64,000 bases of DNA from the human T2T-CHM13v2.0 reference genome, Homo sapiens. Numbering within the stretch: the stretch's first letter is position 1; each line of letters starts with the position of its first letter. Of this stretch, positions 30,585 to 44,494 are shown in pieces. The stretch lies in NCBI RefSeq assembly GCF_009914755.1, contig NC_060930.1. One strand, 5' to 3'. The translations under genes were made by a program, and so were the position numbers. The notes under the pieces are model-generated. The model was not told the origin of the DNA, searched no databases, and was given only the letters and a program-made list of their open reading frames with translations.

Positions 30585-33004
30585 TACTATAAATTCTTGT
30601 TACCTATAGTCACCCTACTGTGCTCTCAAACCCTAGAACCTATTCCTTCTAACTGTATTTTGCACCCAATGTTCCCAACACAAACATGATAAATGTTTGA
30701 GGTGATGAATATGCCAATTACCCATTACACATTGTATGCATGTATCAAAAAAAAACCTCATCTACCCCATGAATACATGCTACTATTATGCATCAATTTC
30801 AAAAACATTTTTTTAAGGGAGGCAGAGTTTGTGGTTGTGAGGAAACTTCTGGTAGTGCCAAAGCTAACCATGAGGGTTTAGGCTGCTGGTGGGAGGATGC
30901 AGTGGCTGTGGGCTTCTCCTGCAGCTAGCTGCGCAGGCAGAGGGACGGCTCCTTCCTCCAGCTGGGGAACAATGGTGAGGAGTTATAAAGAGAAGAGCAC
31001 TCATTAATACAGGATGAGTTAAAGAGCTGTGGGATTGAAAAGACTCATTTGAGGCATTAAAACTGAACATGAAAATGTGATGCATGATGAAGCTTCTGCA
31101 AATCCCACAGTCTCCAAAAGGCCAGGTGGGGAGTGGGAGAGCAGAGAACCAGGGGAGAAACAAAAGGGGAGGAGCACATTTAGGAACATTGAAGGCTAAG
31201 TAATTAGAAAGAGCTCTTCAAGCCTGGGGAAAGGAAAAGGGGCCAAAGGATACTTTGAGAAAATATGATTCAGCTCATCAGTCATTACTAAATTATAGAT
31301 GATCAGGTAGAGATTGTAAGGTAACTTTCTATTTTAGTGTTCAAATATTTTAAATCTTGCTCTAAATTGAATATTACATTTAAAAAATTTTTAAATTTTA
31401 TTTATAGACATTTTAAAAATGTCTATAGATAGCTGGTGCTCCTTCTAACCTCAGCAAAATAGGGACCCTCCCCGCATGATGGACAGAGGGACCCAAAAGA
31501 AAACAATCAAAGAACTCAAAAGGAGAGCCTCAATTCACAGAAATGGCGTGTCTTTTTTCTCTGGAATAAAATAAGTAATTTCATGGGCCCATGAAATGCA
31601 GGCAGGCTTCTGATGATTGTGAAATGGAATCTTATGCAAAAAAAAACAAATAGCCTTTCCTTGCAGCCAGCCAGTGTTTAGGCAGCACCTGCCACACACC
31701 CAGCACTGGGACAGCTGCCCTGGAGAATACGCAGATGGTGAGTTTTGCTCACCAGAAATAATGAATAAGAATTTCTTGGAGAAAAGCTTTCAGTGCTATT
31801 GAAGGCCTGCACACCCCAGGGAGCTTCCACCACAGAGCCAGCAGCAGAGCCCTGAAGGTCCCCGCCAGTAGGGGAGAGATAGACGGTGAGATGGAAGAGA
31901 AGCAGGAAGGGAATCAGGAGAGCAGGGAGGCAGTGGGAAATCATGGGAAAGGGAAGAGGGAGAGATGCAGGGGCTGTCCCAGCCCCGGTGTGGAACTTTG
32001 GAGGAGAGTAACATCCAGAGAAGGTTCTGAGATGCTTATTTGGTGGCACACTATGCAAACCCCTTGGATGAGGACCTCACTTTTTAAAAAGCCTACAGCA
32101 CAGTTCTTCACTATTCCTCTGGGCTTATGTTCCTTTGAATTACACTTCATGCAGAGATTGGACCTGAGGGGAACTTGCAATTCAGTGAAGTTACAAATAA
32201 CAGCCTTGAAGTTTCTTCCAAATGAAATATCCTATGATCTTTGATTATTTCTAGACAACAAAGCCAGGGCCACAGAAGCAGATAAAATAAAGAATCAAGA
32301 CCTGTATCTGAACACTTAGAACCCCTACATTCTGCTCTAGAAAGAGAGGGGAAGTACTGAGTGCTCTGAATTTGTCCTGTCTCCCATTGCCACACAGGAC
32401 ACCATCATCCTCCCACTTCACGCTTTGCTGTTTTCATGACTAGACATCAGTTTTTTCTTTGACTTGGCCATGAGCAGGGGATGATGGAAATATGAACTGA
32501 GCCTTTCAGGTGTTAATTTCTTTTAGAGAGCCTGAATTCCTCCCCTCGGAGCCTCTCCTCTTTCCCTTCTCTGGTCTAGTGATGCTCAGTAGGGACTAGG
32601 GCTTGTCTTCCTACACCCCTGTCTACTAGGCACCAGCACTCTAACAAAAAAATATTTTAAGCCCTTCTCAGACTGCTAAACATGAGAGACAAATCTTACC
32701 ACATTTTGTATTTTTGGCCCTTTTCCCTTAATTTAGCAATGAGTTCACACCCCCCTACTGCAGTTGAATGTTGAGTCATCCATTCCACTCATGCCCTTTT
32801 CCCAGACTTCATAAGACTCATGCTGCAGAGAGGCTTCCATGGAGCCAGGGCAGGCCTAGGTGATTCTACAAACCTTCCCAGCGGTGCCTTCCCAGCAGTT
32901 ACTGAGATGATGTGAGAGACATGCTGGAAACATTTAAGGCCATAGAGCATGTAAGGCCTTCTACACTGTCCCAATATAACTTTCTAGTCTTTAATTTTCC
33001 CCAC

Positions 33005-33479
33005 TGACAGAGCAGGAGCATCGCCATCTTAGACAAGCACCACCATTTTAAAGTTACCCTTGATCAAAAACCACCTAAATCCAAAATGCATCAGCCTAAT
33101 GGCTAAGGTCAGCATGACCATAAACCACAAATGACACCTCTGACCAGAAACATTCCAACCCTAAGATTAAACCCCTCCCTGACCAGAGACATGCCAGCCC
33201 TGAGATAATCTCCCCCCTGCCGGAGAGACGTCAGCCCCAAGATAACCTCGCCTCCGACCAGAGACATTCCAACCCCACAATAAACTTCTCCACACAGAAA
33301 TATTCCAAGCCTGTGATAAGCTCTTTCACCCTAAAACCAATAAATACTCCTACTCTGTAAGAGAGTGCTCCTGACCAAAATCAGCCAGATGCCCCTCTCA
33401 GGTTTATTCTCCAAAATAAACCTGTCTTTGACTGTTGAGCCGCTTTTCCTGTTTCTTTTCTCTTTCTTTAACTCTTACA
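33005..33479 (+). mobile_element. LTR19-type ERV1 solo LTR
   Basis: TGacagagcaggagcatcgccatctt...ctttaactcttaCA with TSD CCCAC/CCCAT, internal tandem repeats and AATAAA signals. Confidence 0.8.
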
Positions 33480-33681
33480 CCCATTATTCGAATATTCTAA
33501 TCAGATCTATCAATCAAAGCAAATACTACTTGCCAAGAATTGAGCTACATGCTAAGGTTACAGTGGAGCAAAAACAACAAAGTCCCTTTCTTCTTGAAGC
33601 TTATAGTCTATTGGATAAATACATATTAAATATTTAACTGCAAAAACAATGTATTTCAGCCATGAAAAGTGCTGTAAGAAC

Positions 33682-34930
33682 TGTAATATAATTTAAAAAT
33701 ATATATATATAGCCTTTGTCCTTAGTTGGTACAGAGCTTCAAAAACCCTTGGAGTTTTGTGAATGATACGAATGTCTTTGTGATGCTAATGAGGTGATGC
33801 CCAGTGGGCCCCTACATAGCCTCAGTATGGGGGCTGGCCACCAGTAAGACTAACCATGTGATTATAGGGTTGCACTTCCAGCTGCCCAACCTCCAGGGAA
33901 TGGAGGCCTCAAGACTGAATTCAACTATGTGGCCAATTATTCAATCTATCATGCTTACATCATGAAACACCAATAAAAACTCTAGACACCAAAGCTCATT
34001 GGAACTTTCTGGTTGGTGAAGATGGTATTGAATAAATGGACTTGCTGCCTGACACACATGGGAAGCCAATACTGTGGCACTAGCTTTTGAGAAAAGAAAG
34101 GCTTTATTGCAAGACCAGCCAGCAAGGAGACAGGAGATGCAGTTCATATCTATCTGACTGATTTGGGATCTGGGGCAAGTTCTAAGGGTTGGGAGGGCAA
34201 GAGAAAGGATTTAGGAATGTTGACTTGGCAGAGTCTGATGGGAGAACTTCAAACAAACCATTTACAGTAAGGATTTTAGTCCCAGATCTTCTGGGCCAAC
34301 AGATCCCTTTTGAAAGAGCTCCAGCATTCAGGTTCCAGTCATTTCCCAGTCTTTTGGTTCCCCAGAGACGAATCCTTGTACCAGGTGTTGTTAAAGGTCA
34401 AACCTTTTTCTATTGCGCATGCCTGGCCTATGTGACTTGAAGTTTTCACTCCGTTATGCCTACAAGGTGACTTGGCGTCCTGTTATCAACAGAATAGGCC
34501 TACTTTGGGCTGGTGCTATGGTCACAAACACAGTAATGTGCTGGGAGGAAGAAGCACCTGGATTCCATGGAGAGGGCTTGGGTGCTCTGTCCTCCCCACC
34601 CCATCCTATGCATCTTTATTTGGCTGTTCCTCATCAGTATCCTTTGTAACAAAACTGTAATTATAAGCACAGAGCTTTCCTGATTTCTGTGAGTCACTCT
34701 AGTGAACTGTTGACACTGAGTTGGGGACTGTGGGAACCCCTGAATTTGTAGCCAAGTCAGGTAGAAGTGCAAGTGGCCTGGGACCCCCAAAGTGTACCTG
34801 TCATCTGAAATGGGTACAGTCTTATTGGGGCTGTGCCCTTTAATTTGGGGGCTCTGCACTAACTTTAAGATAGTATCAGAATTGAACTAATTGTGGAACA
34901 CCCAGCTGGTGTCAGAGCATTAGTGCCAGA
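33682..34930 (+). mobile_element. MER21-type LTR interrupted by a second, antisense ERV LTR (~34022-34527), within L2
   Basis: acagagcttcaaaaacccttgg; tgggggctggccaccag; gtggaacacccagctggtgtc. The insert has gctttattgcaag...agcaaggagacagg. Confidence 0.7.
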
Positions 34931-36259
34931 ATGTAAGGGCATATAACAAGGGGGCTGTCCAGATGGAGGGATCAGGGAAGGCTTGAGGAGTGGCATTTAG
35001 GCTGAGACCCACTGATGAGCTTGAGAGGCTGGGGAATACATCTCTCTTCCATCCCCTTCACGCCTCTTCATTCCTGGTCTTGCACTTGGAATTCCCCTTG
35101 CCTCAGTCTACCTAACTTCTACCCATCCCTCCAGATCCAGCTTAAACCCACATCCCTCAGCCTTCCCAGCTGAGGTTGAGCCCCAGGGTTCCCATCCTCA
35201 CTTCCGCTACCACGCCTTTTTTGTCTGTTTCACCCACTTTGTAACCCATGGATTGTTGTTATTTTGCTGTATCAGTTTCGTCCAAAAAGCAAGCATCTTG
35301 GATTCAAAGTCCATGACTTCCACACAGTAATAATGAAGTTACAGTCACACACAAAGCTAGCAGCTACCATGTGGCTTAACTTGCAGCAGGTCCTATCCTA
35401 CACCCTTCGCGTGGGTTGCCTCCTCTAACCCCTGCAATAGATTTATGAGGTGGACATTACTATTCCAATTTCAGAGGTAAGGAAACTGAGGCCAGGAGAG
35501 GCTAAATAACACACTTCCATAGCTAGGGGAGAGAAAAGCTTCAATACTAGGGGCCTGTTCATATTGTTTATGAGATGAGGAGCTCTGCAGTTGTAAGCAG
35601 AGCTAACCCCTCTTTTTATCATTTTTGCAGCACTTTTCTGGATGAACAAAGTTGCATGAAGGCAGTCCATGAAAATCTAAAACTTTTCTTTCCAGGTAAC
35701 AGGTAACAAGAAAAGGAGCTGTGAAATGTCAGCCCTTCTTCTGAGGGCCTTTGCGCAGGTGCAAGTCAGCATGCACTGCACCCAGGGACAGGGGTGAGGC
35801 ACCTACACCCAGGTGCTAATGCCTTTCTTCATTGGCCACTCCTCATTCAACAACTGTGCATGAAGTGCCTTCTGGATGCTAGGGACAGGAGGCCCGAGCT
35901 GAATACAACACAGTCTCTGCTGTTAAGGAGCTAGCAGTCCTTAGAGAGAATGACGAGTAATGAGAGATTACAAATCCAGTGACAATCCCTTCAGGACAGC
36001 ATGATGCCCATGCAGTGCCTTTGTGCAAATCAGGGAAAGGCACCCCCGAGTGGACCCAGAGCTTGACAAGCAGGACTCTCGGAGTGAAGAGGTGTCTCCC
36101 AACCCCTGCCCCCAGGGGAGCACAGGGCTGACTGTCAGCTTCCTCAGCCCCCTTAGTCCCCACCTGCAGAGCACTGGTTTGGCAGAAGTGAGGGAGGTAC
36201 CCGCACCCCAACCTAGATTGGCCAAGATGGTCTGAGAGGGATAAGAGAATGAGGAAGTT

Positions 36260-36490
36260 AAGAATGGAGCCCTGGAATCGGAGTCAGACTCAGGCTCAAA
36301 TCCTTCCACCTACATGATCTCAAGCAAGGAAATTTACCACTGAGCTCAATTTCTTCATTTAAAAATGAAAGAGTTGAAGAAGGTGATGATGTTGATGCTA
36401 CCCAACTCATGGGTTATTCTGAAGATTAAATGAGAAAATGTGTGTATAGTTCTCACCACAGAGTATGCTCTTAATAAACATTAGTTGTTG
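36260..36490 (+). mobile_element. MIR
   Basis: ctcaatttcttcatttaaaaatg...gggttattctgaagattaaatgag...ctcttaataaacattag. Confidence 0.7.
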
Positions 36491-36673
36491 TTTTTAAAGA
36501 GCTGAGACCTGAAGGATCAATAACACAGGAAGCATGCATGGGGAGAGAATGGGGCTCGAGTGCAAAGGGAATCTGAGCTGCTAAGGTGGGCCCCCTTCCT
36601 GGCCCTGCCATTAGCCACAGCTTTCCCTGACCAACTTCTGCAAGTTCCTCCGGTGTACCCCAGGCCCTTCCAG

Positions 36674-37435
36674 TGTTACAATAGGTAGCTAGCCAGGCAT
36701 GAGCAAGGCAGGAGAGGGCTCCCCAACACCCGCCCACCAGAAATGTCAGGGGACCATCAGGTGATGGCTTGGCAGTTGCCACACTGCCTCTCTAAAAATG
36801 AGAGCTGACAGACAGCACCAGGGTAAGGCAATTTCCTGATGGCCCACAGCTGTCACACTAAGGTGATAATTGGTTGCAGGCACCAGGGAAAGGCAATTTC
36901 CCAGTATATAAAAACACTTGAGACTGGGAATCAGACGCCTCCAATAAAATCTCATGAATCCAGCGAGTGAGCTAGGACATGTGCATTAAGAGACGTGATC
37001 TTCAGGGGCATTCCTCCGGATAGGTAAGAAAGTCTCAGATGAGCATGTGTACAACTCTAGTCAACACACTGGGCATGCTCACCTCCCAAGCATAAAGAGG
37101 GCACCGCGTGCAGGCAGCCCACGCTAAAAGAAAAGTGAAGGGAAAGGGTCGCAAGATGCCGGAAAGGGGCTAGCATATATAGTCCCAGGATTAAGGTTAA
37201 ATGGGGCACTTGACTTCCAAGTCGCCCGCTTGGGTCTCTTCCAAGTGTACTTTTCTTTCTTTCCTGCTCTAAAGCTTTTAAATAAACTTCCACTCTGCTC
37301 TGAAACTTGCTTTGGTCTCTTTTTTCTGCGTTACGCCCCTCAGTGAAATTCTTTTTTCTCAGGAGGCGAGAGTTGAGGCTGCTGCAGACCCATATGGATT
37401 CTCCACAAGTAACTTGGATATTCGCCACCCCAACA
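36674..37435 (+). mobile_element. MER50 solo LTR
   Basis: TGttacaataggtagctagccaggcatgagc...gctgcagacccatatggatt...aaCA. TSD CCAG at 36670-36673 and 37436-37439. Confidence 0.88.
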
Positions 37436-37744
37436 CCAGGAAGGGACCTGCAATCTTGCCTTCCAAGGATTTCTGCAAGGCTGATCCATCTTCCTCCCAA
37501 TTCCAGGCATAAAGATGTTCCATGCATTCTTAAGCTCTGCAATACCTGAGGATTGAACTCAGCCAGCCCCATTGTGAGAGGCCAGGGGAGCAGAGCCTGG
37601 GAGCAGCTGGGCAGAGACAGCTCACTTCTACTTCTTCCTCTTGGCCACCAGTCTCCTACTTTAGTGCAGTAAGAACTCCTTCCAGGCTCCTTCCACTGCA
37701 TTTTTCTGAATTAAAATTCAGAAAAACACTCTGATACATCTGCT

Positions 37745-37925
37745 GAGTGTGTGTGCTTGTGTGTGTGTGTGTCTCTGTGTGCGCATCTGTGACTACGTGT
37801 TTCTAGGAGTGTACTTGCATGTGCCTATCTTGTGTATATCTGTGTGTGTGTACATCTGTGTCAGTGTTTGTGCATATCTGTGTGTCTTAGTATGTGTGTC
37901 TGAGTGTGTCTCTGTGTGTGTACAT
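37745..37925. repeat. Degenerate (TG)n tract
   Basis: Seen directly. Confidence 0.9.
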
Positions 37926-38715
37926 AGAAAGTACAGGGTCAGAAATGAGGCAGGAGTCACTTATTTAAACACATATTTTTCTCCATCGATCCCAGGGTTA
38001 GTGCCTGGAGAGAGAGCACAGAGTGCACAGGGTTTGCAGGGAGGAAGCGGGTGACTGAGTGGACCTGCAGCCCAGGGGCTCCTTGGCCCTTCAGATCAGG
38101 GTCTTCCTGTTCCTTGTTTCTCCTTCCACCTACATTGTCACGGAAACAGAAACCCAAGCAGTGTATGCCTTTCAGATCAAGGGAATGTGGGTTTGGAAAT
38201 ACTTATGGAACTGTTGGTTAAAAACTCAGTTTCATTGTAATACAACAATCCATAAATTCCCAGTGAAGAAAAATCTGCTCTATTATGATTTACGAAGCCA
38301 CCTGGCCCCCACATCCACAACTAGCCCTGTAGCAGGCTTCTGCTGGGATTCTGCTGTGACCATCTTTTCCCTTTATGAAACGCAGTGGGCTGACTAGTTT
38401 TCTGGGAGTAAATATATAGGCCATGTATCAACCCTACAGTTCACTTAAAACACCTGAGAGCCAATTCACCTTCCTGCAGACTTGCAGATTCCTTGAGTAC
38501 GTATTACACGATCAGGCCCCGTGCTAGATTCAGGAGAACAGCCATGAACCCAAACAGATACAGAACTGATATAATCACATTTAGGTCCAACAGGTAAGCT
38601 GACAAGGGACAAAACAATAGAGATAATTTCACATGTGGTCAACACCATGAGGGAAAACAGTCTACTCTGAGGAAGAGGAAAGAGGACCTGCCTGACCCTG
38701 TGCTGACAGGGAAGA

Positions 38716-39539
38716 TGATATCATCTGGACGTGTGACCCCATCCAAATCTCATTGTGTCCGGAGATGTGTCCAGAGTTGGTTCCTTCTGGTGGGTTCGTG
38801 GTCTCGCTGACTTCAAGAATGAAGCCCCGGACCTTCACTGTGAGTGTTACAGCTCTTAAGTTGGCGCAGACCCAAAGAGTGAGCAGCAGCAAGATTTACT
38901 GTGAAGAGTGAAAGCACAAAGTTTCCACAGCGTGGAAAGGTACCTGAGCGGGTTGCCCTTGGGGGCTGGGGGTGACCAGCTTTTATTCCCTTATTTGTCC
39001 CCGCCCATGTCCTGCTGATTGGTCCATTTTACAAACCTCTAGCTAGCCACAGAGCACTGATTGGTGTGTCTAGCTACAGAGTGCTGACTGGTGCATTCTA
39101 CAATCCTCTTGTAAGACAAAAAGTTCTCCAAGTCCCCACCCAACCCCGAAGTCCAGCTGGCTTCACCTCTCATGTTGAAATGTAATCTCCAATGTTGGAG
39201 GTGGGGCCTGGTGGGAGGTGACTGGATCATGGGGGCAGTTTCTCACGAATGGTTTAGCACCATCCTCTTGGTGCTGTCCCCGCAGTAGAGGGTGAGTTCT
39301 TGTGAGATCTGGTCATTTGAAAGTGGGTGGCACTGCCCCCTCACTCTCTTGCTCCTGCTTTCATCATGTGACATGCCTGCTCCCCCTTTGCCTTCCACCA
39401 GAAGTAAAAGCTCCCGGAGGCCTCCCCAGAAGCAGATGCTGCCATGCTTCCTGTACAGCCTGCAGAACTGTAGGCCAATTAAACCTCTCTTCCAAGTATA
39501 AAATACTTCTTTATAGCAATGAAAGAACTAACTAATACA
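38716..39539 (+). mobile_element. MSTB solo LTR split by LTR12F
   Basis: TGatat...caaatctca|tgttgaaatgtaatc...ctaataCA. TSD GAAGA at 38711-38715 and 39540-39544. Confidence 0.85.
38754..39172 (-). mobile_element. Short LTR12 (LTR12F-like, ERV9) solo LTR
   Basis: Minus-strand start TGagaggtgaagccagctgg, two CCAAT boxes, a GC box and AATAAAA TATA-equivalent at 38981-38987; ends ggacaCA. Confidence 0.85.
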
Positions 39540-41049
39540 GAAGACTTCTCTGAAGATGTGAAGGATGAGGAGTCAGGGAGGCCCCATGATGCAGCGAGGG
39601 GAAGGGACAGTTTAAGCAGAGGAAATGTTTCGTGCCAAGTCCCTGAGGTAGAACAGAGCTTGGCGTCTCTGAAGAACTAAGAGGTCAGAGGAGTTGGAGA
39701 AAGGAAGGAAGGAAGTGATGTTGGAGAAGCCAGTAGCAGCCCAGTGAGGCTGGACAAGGCTGGCCAGGTAGAGGAGTTTGGATTTCACTGCAAATACAGT
39801 GGGAAGTGATTATAGGATTTTCAGCAGGAGAATGACCTGATTCAGTTTTGGGTTTAGAAGATAACTGTAGGTACTGCTTGGAGAATGGCTTGAAGAAGAG
39901 CAAGAGAGGAAAGCTTGGTGAGGCAGTCGCTAATTGTCCAGAAAAGAGATGGCAGTGACCGGAAGAGGAAGTGGCAGGTGGCAGTGGGGATGGAGAAGTA
40001 CATGGACGTGAGATTTGATTTGGAGGTAGAATCCACAGGATATCCTGATGGCACGGATGGAAGGGAGAAAGAGGAGAGAGTTTGAAGAAGGGTTCCCAAG
40101 GTTCTAGATGGAGAAAATTGGTAGATAAAGGTGCTGTTTGCCAAGATGGATCACTAGGGAGGAGTGGGTCTAGAGAAGGAAAGAAAAGAAGAGATAAGCT
40201 ATTTTGGACGTGCTAAGCCAGATGACATGGAATCAAGGGAAGGATGTGTTAAGCCAGATGGCATGGAATCAAGGGTGGTGGTGGTAGTAAACATGTCATC
40301 CGATAGATGAAGAGGTTGATGAGAATGAGAGAGGAAGCAGCAAAGGGAGTGAAATTCTTTTGAGACTGAGGAGGGATGGATCAGGAGCTCCCTGTAGAGG
40401 GATTATGGCAGAGAAATCCTAGCCCAGGAAGAATGAGGGAGCAGATGAGAATAGATGAATGTAGGTCCATGGGTTTGGTAGCAGGAGCTCCCACCTGAGG
40501 GCCTCTATCTTTGCAACGGAGTATGAAGCAAGGTCATCCACTGAGAATAAATGTGGAAAGATGGAGGTTTGGAAAACATGAAGAAAATAAGAATCCTTTT
40601 TGGAGAGTGGAAAAGTCAGTCTACTAGAAAAAAAGTAAGATTGTAGGCCAGTGCTGAGTATTCATTTGTGTTAATTATGAATTTATAATGACTCCAGTCT
40701 TTCTTGTATTCTGCAGCAATATTCCACTGAATTAAAGGAACTGGGTGAGTTAATTCATAGGGAATGCTTAGAACTGTGTCTGGCTCCTAGCGATCATTTA
40801 ACCTGTATTAGCTGTTCTTATTATCCTAACAGTAGCATCAGCAATAATAGTAGTAGTTACACATTAGTTCAGGCAGCAGAAGGCAGATGGTTGGAACCCA
40901 AGTTTGTGTGCTGAAGAGAGGGGCAAGAAAGTTGAGAATGCTTGCAAGAAAGCAATGATAATGATGACCATGGAAGAGAATGTAAGAGGATTAATGGTAG
41001 AGAGAAATGAGTGAGATCAATGAATTGAAAGAACCTAATAAGTCAAAAC

Positions 41050-42565
41050 ATTTTGCACATGGAAAATCTGATCTTAAAATTTATAAGGAATTTCAAGAGA
41101 CCCTAAATAACCAAAGCAATCTCAGGGGATAAAAACAGTCAAGGGGGATGTCTTGGACTTCCTGATTGCCTACTACACATCTACAGTAGGCAAAACAATG
41201 AGGTACTGGCCTAAAGACAGACATACAAACCAATGGATTAGAATAGAGTGCCCCAAAATAAACGCTTGCACACACAGCAAAATGATTTGCAAGGGTACCA
41301 AATCATTCAATGGAAAGAGGGCAGACTTTTTACCAAATAATGCCGAGAAAACTGGATATTCATATGCCGAAGAATAAATTTGAACCCTTTCCTTACATGA
41401 TATACAAAAATTAACTCAAAATGGATCAGAAACATAAACATTAAAGCTAAAACTAATAAAAATCTACAGGAAAACATAAAAGCTTCACAACACTGGCTTT
41501 GGCAATGATTTCTTGGGTATGACGACAAAAGTGCAAGTGACAGAAGGAAAAATAGATCACTTGGACTTAAACGAGATTAAAAACTGTTGTGCATCAAAGG
41601 ACACGGTGAAAGGGCAACCCATGGAATGGGAGAAAAAACTGCCAACCAAAAATACATAGAGCACTCCCACAATGCAACACAAAAAAACAAGCCACCCAAT
41701 TCAAAAATGGGCAAAGGACTTGCATAGACATTTCTCCAAAGAAGACATCTCTCCAAAGACACACAAACGGTCAATAAACACATGAAAAGAAGCTTGGCTT
41801 CACTATCATTAGGGAAATGCAAATCAAAATGCAAGTCAAATCCATAATACACTATCACTTTATACCCATTAGGGTGGCTATTATTTAAACACAAACAAAC
41901 AAAATGGAAAATAGCAAGTGCTGGCGAGGATGTGGAGAAATTGGATCCCTTGCAGATTACTAGTGGGAATGTAAAATGGTGCAGTTGCTGAGAAAAACAG
42001 TTTGGCAGTTCCTCAAAAGTTAAACAGAGTTACCATGTGATCCAGCAATTCCACTTCTGGGTATACACCCAAAATAATTGAAAGGAGGGGCTCAAATACA
42101 TACTTTGTTCCTAGCAGCATTATTCACAACAGCTGAAAAGTGGAAACCCAAGTATTCATCAGTGGAGGAGTAGCTAAACAAAATGTAATATATTCACACA
42201 ATGGAATATGATTCAGCCTTAAAGAGGAAGGAAATCCTGTCACATGCCACAACATGAGGGAAACCTGAAAATGTTATGCTAAACAAGCCAGTCCCCAGAG
42301 AGACAAATACCGTGTGATTCCACTCGTATGAGGTACCCAGAGGAGTCAGACTCTCAGAGACAAAATAGTAGGGGGATTGCCAGGAGCTGGGGGAGAAGAA
42401 TTGGGGGTTAGCGTTTAAGGGGTGCAGTTTTGGTTTGGGAAGATAGAAAAGTTCTGGAGATGGATGGTGGCAATTGTCGCACAACATTATAAATGTACTT
42501 AATTGCCACTGGACTGTACACTTAAAAATGGTTTAAATAATTTTATCTATATTTTACCATAATTA
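41050..42565 (+). mobile_element. L1MB 3' portion
   Basis: ORF2 C-terminal motifs and a 3' UTR ending gccactggactgtacacttaaaaatggtt. Confidence 0.88.
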
Positions 42566-42735
42566 TATATACACATGTATATATGTGTATATATAGTGTG
42601 TATATATACAGACATATATACACTTGTATATATACAAGTGTATATATATACACAAATATGTACATATACACTATATACACACTATATATACACATATGTA
42701 TATACACACACATGCATACAAACACATACACATAT
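42565..42735. repeat. (TA/CA)n low-complexity tract at the L1MB tail
   Basis: Seen directly. Confidence 0.9.
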
Positions 42736-44149
42736 GCTTTTGATTGCAGTTAGAATCAGTAGGACACTGAGCTAGAAAGAGCAAGAGGTTGCAGCCAAAG
42801 AGTGGCAGGTTTGATTTTATTCTTTTATAGGTTGCAGTTTCATATCATCAGAGTCCAGCTTGTGGCTGTGGGAGTGCGTGTCTGAGGCCAGCAGAAGGCA
42901 GTGTGTTTGGAGGGCTAGAGCACGAGGTGCTAAGGCTGCACCGTCAGCATGCCTGCAAGTGAGGGGGCACTGTGAGGAGCTATGAGGCCCTGGATGATGG
43001 AATGGAGGTTGGCGGAGCTGGAGCCTCAGAGATACTGGTGCTTGTGCGGGAGAGAGCTTTTGATCTGCAAGTGGTAATGTGCAAATCTTGGAGGACACGG
43101 AAAATTAGCAGCCTCCCCTGGAAGCAGTGAAAGGAAAGTGGAGTCCCTGGAGAGAGCCGGGCTCTGCCAGGGTGAGGAGGTGATGTGGGGCAGCAGAGCA
43201 CTCAGAGGCCCCAGAGAGGCTGCTCCCGCCATCCAGGTGGGACATCTCCAAGGAGTCCACATTTGTCGGGAGCCTGGGCTCCCTCTCCTTGGCTCTGCTG
43301 ATTTTCAATTTCATGCACTGCTTGCTGGGATGAAAATTTATGCCAAAGATCTGCTTCATGACTACTACTGAACACATTTCACAACAAGCGATCAAGAAGC
43401 AAACACAAAAGCAACCTCAGCAGAGCCATCATCAATTCAAGATCAACACAGCCCGGCCTTGGAGCCCAGGACCCCGGGGACAGGCCCTAACAATGCTTCT
43501 CCTCCTGGTCCAGAAGGTGTTAGAGAAGTCACTCCTGAAACCCACAGAGTGTAGCCGGGAAGTCAAGGGTAAGTCAGGACTGAAGAAACCCCTCTGCCCA
43601 GGCATGCATTAAATTAAATTGGGCGGAGCAGCAGGTCCTGTCTCTGCCAAACTGTCCACACGGGCTCTTGTTTTACTGGTGAACCCACATGCTGCACCCC
43701 TTGATTCATCATAATTAATCCATCCATATGAATAATTAAGGCTCAGTTGAGACCTATCTCTGAGAAATCCTATAGTCATGTGGCTTGTTCATGCAGTGTG
43801 AGGAAGGAACCAGTAATTTTTGGACAAAGGTAGGTACAGTGGAAAATGCACACCCTTGTAGCCGATCCCACCAAGAGCTGGTTGAGGCAGCAGCATCTGC
43901 CACCTACTTGTTTGCTCAATAACACAATTCCACCTCTTTATCATTCACAGGCCAGTCCTGGGCTATGTGGGGCTTCTGGCTTCCTGGATCCCAATTGCTG
44001 CAAAATCATCTAAATTCCACTCTTTTCAAGAAAAGCAAAGTTTGAGAGGGCTTTAATAAGGAGGAGGTGGACACTCAAAGTCCTTGGACAGAAGACCTAT
44101 TATGAGCCAGCCAATATGGCACTTCACACTCATTGTTCTTTACAATGCA

Positions 44150-44484
<335 letters not shown>

Positions 44485-44494
44485 TGAAGTGCCA

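Larger units (their letters stand above)
29801..30806. mobile_element. L1MA 3' end with 5' inversion (inverted 29801-30668, sense 30668-30806), split by Tigger2a
   Basis: Antisense piece tgttgggaacatt...tatagtcaccctactgtgct, followed by sense aatgttcccaacacaaacatgataaatgtttgaggtgatg. Confidence 0.75.
38560..41040 (-). mobile_element. L2 remnant hosting MSTB/LTR12F and a MIR
   Basis: Purine-rich antisense L2 (ggattttcagcaggagaatgacctgatt; ttttggaggtagaatccacagga). Confidence 0.65.

Noticed and set aside
37057-37701. 214-aa minus-strand ORF
   Set aside because: Mostly antisense MER50 LTR sequence.
40206-40275. 36-bp two-copy direct repeat
   Set aside because: Simple tandem duplication within L2; no spacers, so not CRISPR-like.
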